Source: Myxococcota bacterium (lineage in GTDB: Bacteria > Myxococcota_A > UBA796 > CAJQPC01). Taken from it: 40,344 nt of DNA. Of this stretch, positions 36,726-40,344 are shown piece by piece. A model generated the notes under the pieces. That model had not been told where the DNA came from. It ran no database searches and saw nothing but the letters and a program-made list of their open reading frames with translations. The stretch's first letter is position 1. Each line of letters starts with the position of its first letter. The stretch lies in the NCBI GenBank assembly GCA_036012755.1, contig DASCPX010000105.1, forward strand, positions 1-40,344, given 5' to 3'. The position numbers were made by a program, and so were the translations under genes.

Positions 36726-37232
36726 GTGGCCACCAAGACCTGTCCCAGCTGCAGCGAGGAAGTCCCCCTCGCGGCGCCGCGCTGCAAGCACTGCTTCCAC
36801 GACTTCACCGAGACCGCCCCCAACAAGGGGCGGGGCATCGTCGGACTCCTCGGCCTCATCGCCGCCATGTGTGTCCTGGGCGGTGCGGTCCTGTTCTTCG
36901 TCAACCAGCGGGCCGGCCAGGAGATGATCGTCATCGACGAGGAGACCAGCTCCATCGTCTTCACGACGAAGTTCGCCGACCACACAGAGACCGAGCGCGT
37001 GCGCTTCGACGATGTCAGCAACGTCGAGGTCGTCATGGGCGGCAGCACTGCGACCTGGGAGGTCGCGATCCTGACCGTGGACGGCTCCCGGCGAGTCGTG
37101 AACCTCTCTGACGACAAGTCGCTCAAGGGCTACGCGGAGCACATCGCGGCCGTCATGGACAAGCCGCTGGTGGAGAAGAGCGAGGCCCGTGGTTTCGGCG
37201 ACCTCGGAACCGGCGGAAAGAAGGTCGAGTAG
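36726..37232 (+). CDS. Zinc-ribbon single-pass membrane protein
   Basis: AGGAG SD; KTCPSC...RCKHC, one TM helix, then a beta-rich domain with a terminal helix. Confidence 0.8.
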   Translation: MATKTCPSCSEEVPLAAPRCKHCFHDFTETAPNKGRGIVGLLGLIAAMCVLGGAVLFFVNQRAGQEMIVIDEETSSIVFTTKFADHTETERVRFDDVSNVEVVMGGSTATWEVAILTVDGSRRVVNLSDDKSLKGYAEHIAAVMDKPLVEKSEARGFGDLGTGGKKVE

Positions 37233-38261
37233 GTGGAGCAGGCCCTAGGGCGCCTGACACGCGACCTCGCGATCGATCTCGGCACCGCCAACACGCTGGT
37301 GTGGGCGGAAGGCCGCGGCGTGGTCCTCGACGAGCCGAGCGTGGTCGCCGTCACGACAACGGACGCCGGGACCTATGGCGACGTGCTCGCGGTGGGCACA
37401 GAGGCTCGAGAGATGCTCGGGCGCACGCCCAGCGGCATCGTCGCCATGCGACCCATCCGCAACGGCAGCATCGACGACTTCCAGGTCACCGAGGAGATGT
37501 TGCGCGCCTTCATTCGACGGGCCGGGGGTGCCGGCATGGTCAAGCCCAGGGTGGTGGTGTGCGTTCCCCTCGGCCTGACAGAGGTCGAGAAGCGCGCCGT
37601 CCACGAGTCCACGCGCGCTGCCGGGTCGCGCGACGTCGTGCTCATTCCCGAGCCCATGGCTGCCGCCCTGGGAGCGGGCCTTCCGGTGCTGGAGGCGGTC
37701 GGGTCCCTGGTCATCGATGTCGGTGGTGGGACCACGGAGGTGGCGGTCATCTCGCTCGGCGGACCCGTCGCGGCGCGGTCGCTGCGAGTGGGGGGCGACG
37801 CGATGAATGCAGCCATCGCCGACTGGGTCGCCGAGCACGAGGGACTTCAGATCGGTGAGCGCACGGCAGAAGCCCTGAAGATCGAGATCGCTACGGCCGC
37901 GCGCCTGAAGGAGCCCCTGGTCTCGAGCGTGAAGGGGCGTGACGCGCAGACCGGCATCCCCCGACAGACCCAGGTGACGAGCGAGCATCTGCGAGCGGCG
38001 CTGCAGGAGCCACTCGCCGAGATCGTAGAGGCGATCAGGTCCGTGCTCGAGTCGACCTCTCCCGAGCTCTCGGGCGACGTGCTCGAACACGGCCTGGTGC
38101 TCGCCGGGGGCGGCGCGCTCCTGCGCGGCTTCGAACACTACCTGCGCGAGGCCACCGGGCTGCCGGTGTCGAGGGCCGAAGACCCCGCTCGCTGCACCGT
38201 GATGGGCGCTGGCCGGGCGCTCGAGGACAAGGCCATCCTGGAACGCATCAGGCTCTCCTGA
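37233..38261 (+). CDS. mreB: Rod shape-determining actin homologue MreB (probable paralogue)
   Basis: DLAIDLGTANTLV, EPSVVA, MLGRTP, TEVEKRAV, EPMAAALGAGLP, DVGGGTTEVAVISLGG, IGERTAE, KGRD, PELSGD, LAGGGALL. Confidence 0.93.
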   Translation: MEQALGRLTRDLAIDLGTANTLVWAEGRGVVLDEPSVVAVTTTDAGTYGDVLAVGTEAREMLGRTPSGIVAMRPIRNGSIDDFQVTEEMLRAFIRRAGGAGMVKPRVVVCVPLGLTEVEKRAVHESTRAAGSRDVVLIPEPMAAALGAGLPVLEAVGSLVIDVGGGTTEVAVISLGGPVAARSLRVGGDAMNAAIADWVAEHEGLQIGERTAEALKIEIATAARLKEPLVSSVKGRDAQTGIPRQTQVTSEHLRAALQEPLAEIVEAIRSVLESTSPELSGDVLEHGLVLAGGGALLRGFEHYLREATGLPVSRAEDPARCTVMGAGRALEDKAILERIRLS

Positions 38262-38928
38262 GCTCGAGCCCGTCCTCCCCGACGGACAGCCAGGTGTGTT
38301 GGTGGAGGAAGTCGCCCAGGTTCACGTAGGTGCCACCCGGCAGCGCTCGAACATCGGGCGCGTGAGAGTGCCCCATCACGACCACATCCGCGGCACCCAG
38401 CTCCTCGACCGCGAGCGCGACCTGCGCCTCGATGAGTGAGGCGTTCGGCTCTCCCACATAGGAAGCCCCCGCGAGGCCGAGCCCGATGCGCTGGGCCCGG
38501 GCCGGACCGACCAGACGCATCAGGCCCGCGTAGGCCGGTCCCCGGAGGAGACGCCGCGTGAGCCTGTAGCCGAGCGTGCGATCGGCTTCGTCACCGTGGA
38601 TGAGCACGAAGCGACGTCCGCCCAGCTCCACCTCGATGCGGTCGCTGACGACGATGCCGAGCTCACGGAACAGGGGCGCAGCGCCGAAGTCGTGGTTGCC
38701 CGGCACGAAGTGCACCGCGGCCCCCCGTCCTTGCAACCGCGCCAGGGCGTCCATGACCGGGCGGTGCTCCGCGAAGGCCAGGTCTCTCCCACCCCACCAC
38801 CACTGGAACAGGTCCCCCAGCAAGAAGACCTGCGGCGCATCGAAGGAGTCGAGCAACGCGGTGAGCCGACCCTGGTTCGGATCGTCCAGCCCGTTGAGAT
38901 GGGCGTCCGAGATCATGGCCGCGAGCAT
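38248..38928 (-). CDS. LpxH/YbbF-like metallophosphoesterase (UDP-2,3-diacylglucosamine hydrolase-like)
   Basis: ISDAHL, LLGDLF, GNHD, IHGD, MGHSH, NLGD; start chosen at ATG 38928 (GTG 38937 possible). Confidence 0.82.
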   Translation of the reverse strand: MLAAMISDAHLNGLDDPNQGRLTALLDSFDAPQVFLLGDLFQWWWGGRDLAFAEHRPVMDALARLQGRGAAVHFVPGNHDFGAAPLFRELGIVVSDRIEVELGGRRFVLIHGDEADRTLGYRLTRRLLRGPAYAGLMRLVGPARAQRIGLGLAGASYVGEPNASLIEAQVALAVEELGAADVVVMGHSHAPDVRALPGGTYVNLGDFLHQHTWLSVGEDGLELRRA

Positions 38929-38935
38929 CGTCAGC

Positions 38936-38941
38936 ACGCTA
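38936..38941 (-). promoter_or_regulatory. Putative -10 element (TAGCGT) of a leaderless transcript
   Basis: TAnnnT 7 nt upstream of ATG 38928 in a 23-nt divergent gap; no SD. Confidence 0.45.
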
Positions 38942-38951
38942 ACCGAATGAA

Positions 38952-40199
38952 GTGAGCACTCCCCTCGCCGAGCGCATGCGGCCCCAGAGCCTGGACGAGA
39001 TCGTCGGCCAGGAGCACGTCCTGGGACCAGACGCGAGCTTTCGCCGCGGCTTGTCCTCTGGCCTGCGAAGCGTGCTGTTGTACGGCCCGCCGGGCTGTGG
39101 CAAGACCACCCTCGCCCGCTTGCTCGCCCAAGGCAGGGAGCTCGTCACGCTCAGCGCAGTGCTCGCCGGGAAGAAGGAGCTCATGGAGGTCGTCCAGCGC
39201 GCCCGCACACCTGGGCTGCTGGGCCGCGACATCGTCCTCTTCGTGGACGAGATCCACCGGTGGAACCGAGCGCAACAGGACGCCCTGCTACCCCACGTCG
39301 AGGACGGAACGCTGACGCTGGTCGGGGCGACCACGGAGAACCCGGGCTTCCAGATCCGACGAACGCTGTTGTCCCGCATGGAGCTGGTCACCCTCCGGGC
39401 CCTGTCGGAAGACGACCTGGTCGTGTTGATGCAGCGCGCACTCCAGAGCGAGCGAGGACTCGACGGCTCGGTGAGCGCGACGGAGGCGGGCCTGCGCGTC
39501 ATCGCTCGTGTCGCGGGTGGAGACGGGCGCTGCGCCCTGGGCCTCCTGGAGCGAGTAGCAGACACAGGCGTGATCTCCGAGCAGACCGTGGCCGAGCGCC
39601 TGGACCGCGACGCGGCCTCTCTCTCCCTGGACTCCGATGAGCACTTCGCGCTGGCCTCTGCGCTGGTCAAGTCGATGCGAGGCAGCGACCCGGACGCGGC
39701 GCTGTACTACCTGGCGCGCATGCTCGAGGCCGGCGAGGACCCCATGTTCATCGCGCGCCGCCTGGTGATCTTCGCGAGCGAGGATGTCGGCAACGCCGAC
39801 CCGCGGGGCCTCATCCTGGCCTCGTCTGCGGCCCAGGCCGTCCACCTCATCGGCATGCCCGAGGCACGCCTGGTCCTGGCCCATGCTGCGACCTACCTGG
39901 CCACCGCACCCAAGAGCAACGCCTCCTACCTGGGACTGCAGCGCGCCCTCAAAGAGGTCAGGCGCACGGGGAAGCGGCCCGTGCCACACCACCTCCGCAA
40001 CGCCGCCACAGACCTGGATCGAGACGCCGGGATTGGAAAAGGCTACCGATATCCACATGATGCGGAATACGGCGTGGTGGACCAGCAGCACCTCCCAGAG
40101 GGCATCGAGGGCGGGTACTACGAGCCCAGGCCCTGGGGCAACGAGAGGCTCATCGCCGAGCGGCTCGCCTGGTGGCGTCAGAAGCTGGCGGAGCGCTGA
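38952..40199 (+). CDS. rarA: Replication-associated recombination protein A (MgsA/RarA)
   Basis: PLAERMRPQSLDEIVGQEH, GPPGCGKTT, FVDEIHR, GATTENP, KSMRGSDPDAA, ASEDVGNADP, APKSNA, GYRYPHD. Confidence 0.96.
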   Translation: MSTPLAERMRPQSLDEIVGQEHVLGPDASFRRGLSSGLRSVLLYGPPGCGKTTLARLLAQGRELVTLSAVLAGKKELMEVVQRARTPGLLGRDIVLFVDEIHRWNRAQQDALLPHVEDGTLTLVGATTENPGFQIRRTLLSRMELVTLRALSEDDLVVLMQRALQSERGLDGSVSATEAGLRVIARVAGGDGRCALGLLERVADTGVISEQTVAERLDRDAASLSLDSDEHFALASALVKSMRGSDPDAALYYLARMLEAGEDPMFIARRLVIFASEDVGNADPRGLILASSAAQAVHLIGMPEARLVLAHAATYLATAPKSNASYLGLQRALKEVRRTGKRPVPHHLRNAATDLDRDAGIGKGYRYPHDAEYGVVDQQHLPEGIEGGYYEPRPWGNERLIAERLAWWRQKLAER

Positions 40200-40211
40200 C
40201 GCCAGACAGAG

Positions 40212-40249
40212 AGACCCCCCGGGAGCCAAGAGGCTCGACCGGGGGGTCT
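40212..40249. terminator. Strong hairpin between convergent rarA and 5S rRNA (likely rRNA-operon/bidirectional terminator)
   Basis: AGACCCCCCGG-GAGCC-AAGA-GGCTC-GA-CCGGGGGGTCT; followed on the minus strand by pyrimidine-rich CTCTGTCT. Confidence 0.75.
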
Positions 40250-40258
40250 GAGGTGTGG

Positions 40259-40344
40259 ACGGCGATGACCTACTCTCCCACCGCGTGACCGCGGCAGTAC
40301 CATTGGCGCTGGGAGGCTTGACTTCCGTGTTCGGTATGGGAACG
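40259..40344 (-). rRNA. rrf: 5S rRNA (3' part; 5' end beyond the window)
   Basis: Reverse complement contains CCCATACCGAACACGGAAGTCAAG, GCGCCAATGGTACTG and GTGGGAGAGTAGGTCATCGCC, conserved 5S segments. Confidence 0.97.

Overview
GC-rich (~70% by eye), gene-dense bacterial chromosome window, most consistent with an uncultured Myxococcota/deltaproteobacterium-like diderm (inferred from a MYXO-CTERM-like tail, a HEAT-cyclophilin, a kinase-NTPase-TPR protein and the ftsH-folP-cdaA-cdaR-glmM-pdxJ-nnr order). 0.3-9.6 kb: minus-strand housekeeping run (RNHCP-like Zn finger, tilS, ftsH, folP, cdaA, cdaR, glmM, pdxJ, nnr). 9.6-20.5 kb: HEAT-cyclophilin, then a minus-strand run of pentapeptide-repeat protein, alpha/beta hydrolase, Ser/Thr kinase-degenerate NTPase-TPR, DUF429-like protein, a secreted protein with a pilin-like C-terminus and an orphan plsX. 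20.6-34.4 kb: cluster of exported proteins (lipoproteins, beta-barrels, propeller, beta-helix, zincin-PD40-Omp85, Slt) plus a PAP2 gene interrupted by an in-frame TAG. 34.4-40.3 kb: sppA, orphan mreB, LpxH-like hydrolase, rarA, a terminator hairpin and the 3' part of a 5S rRNA gene. The most unusual signals are window-wide: 12 predicted exported proteins carry very short (7-15 aa) signal peptides with no basic n-region, and several genes look leaderless (TAnnnT 6-7 nt before the start codon, twice built from the upstream gene's TAG stop). No CRISPR array, tRNA, transposase or prophage gene was seen. All family calls come from motifs recognised by eye, not from database searches.
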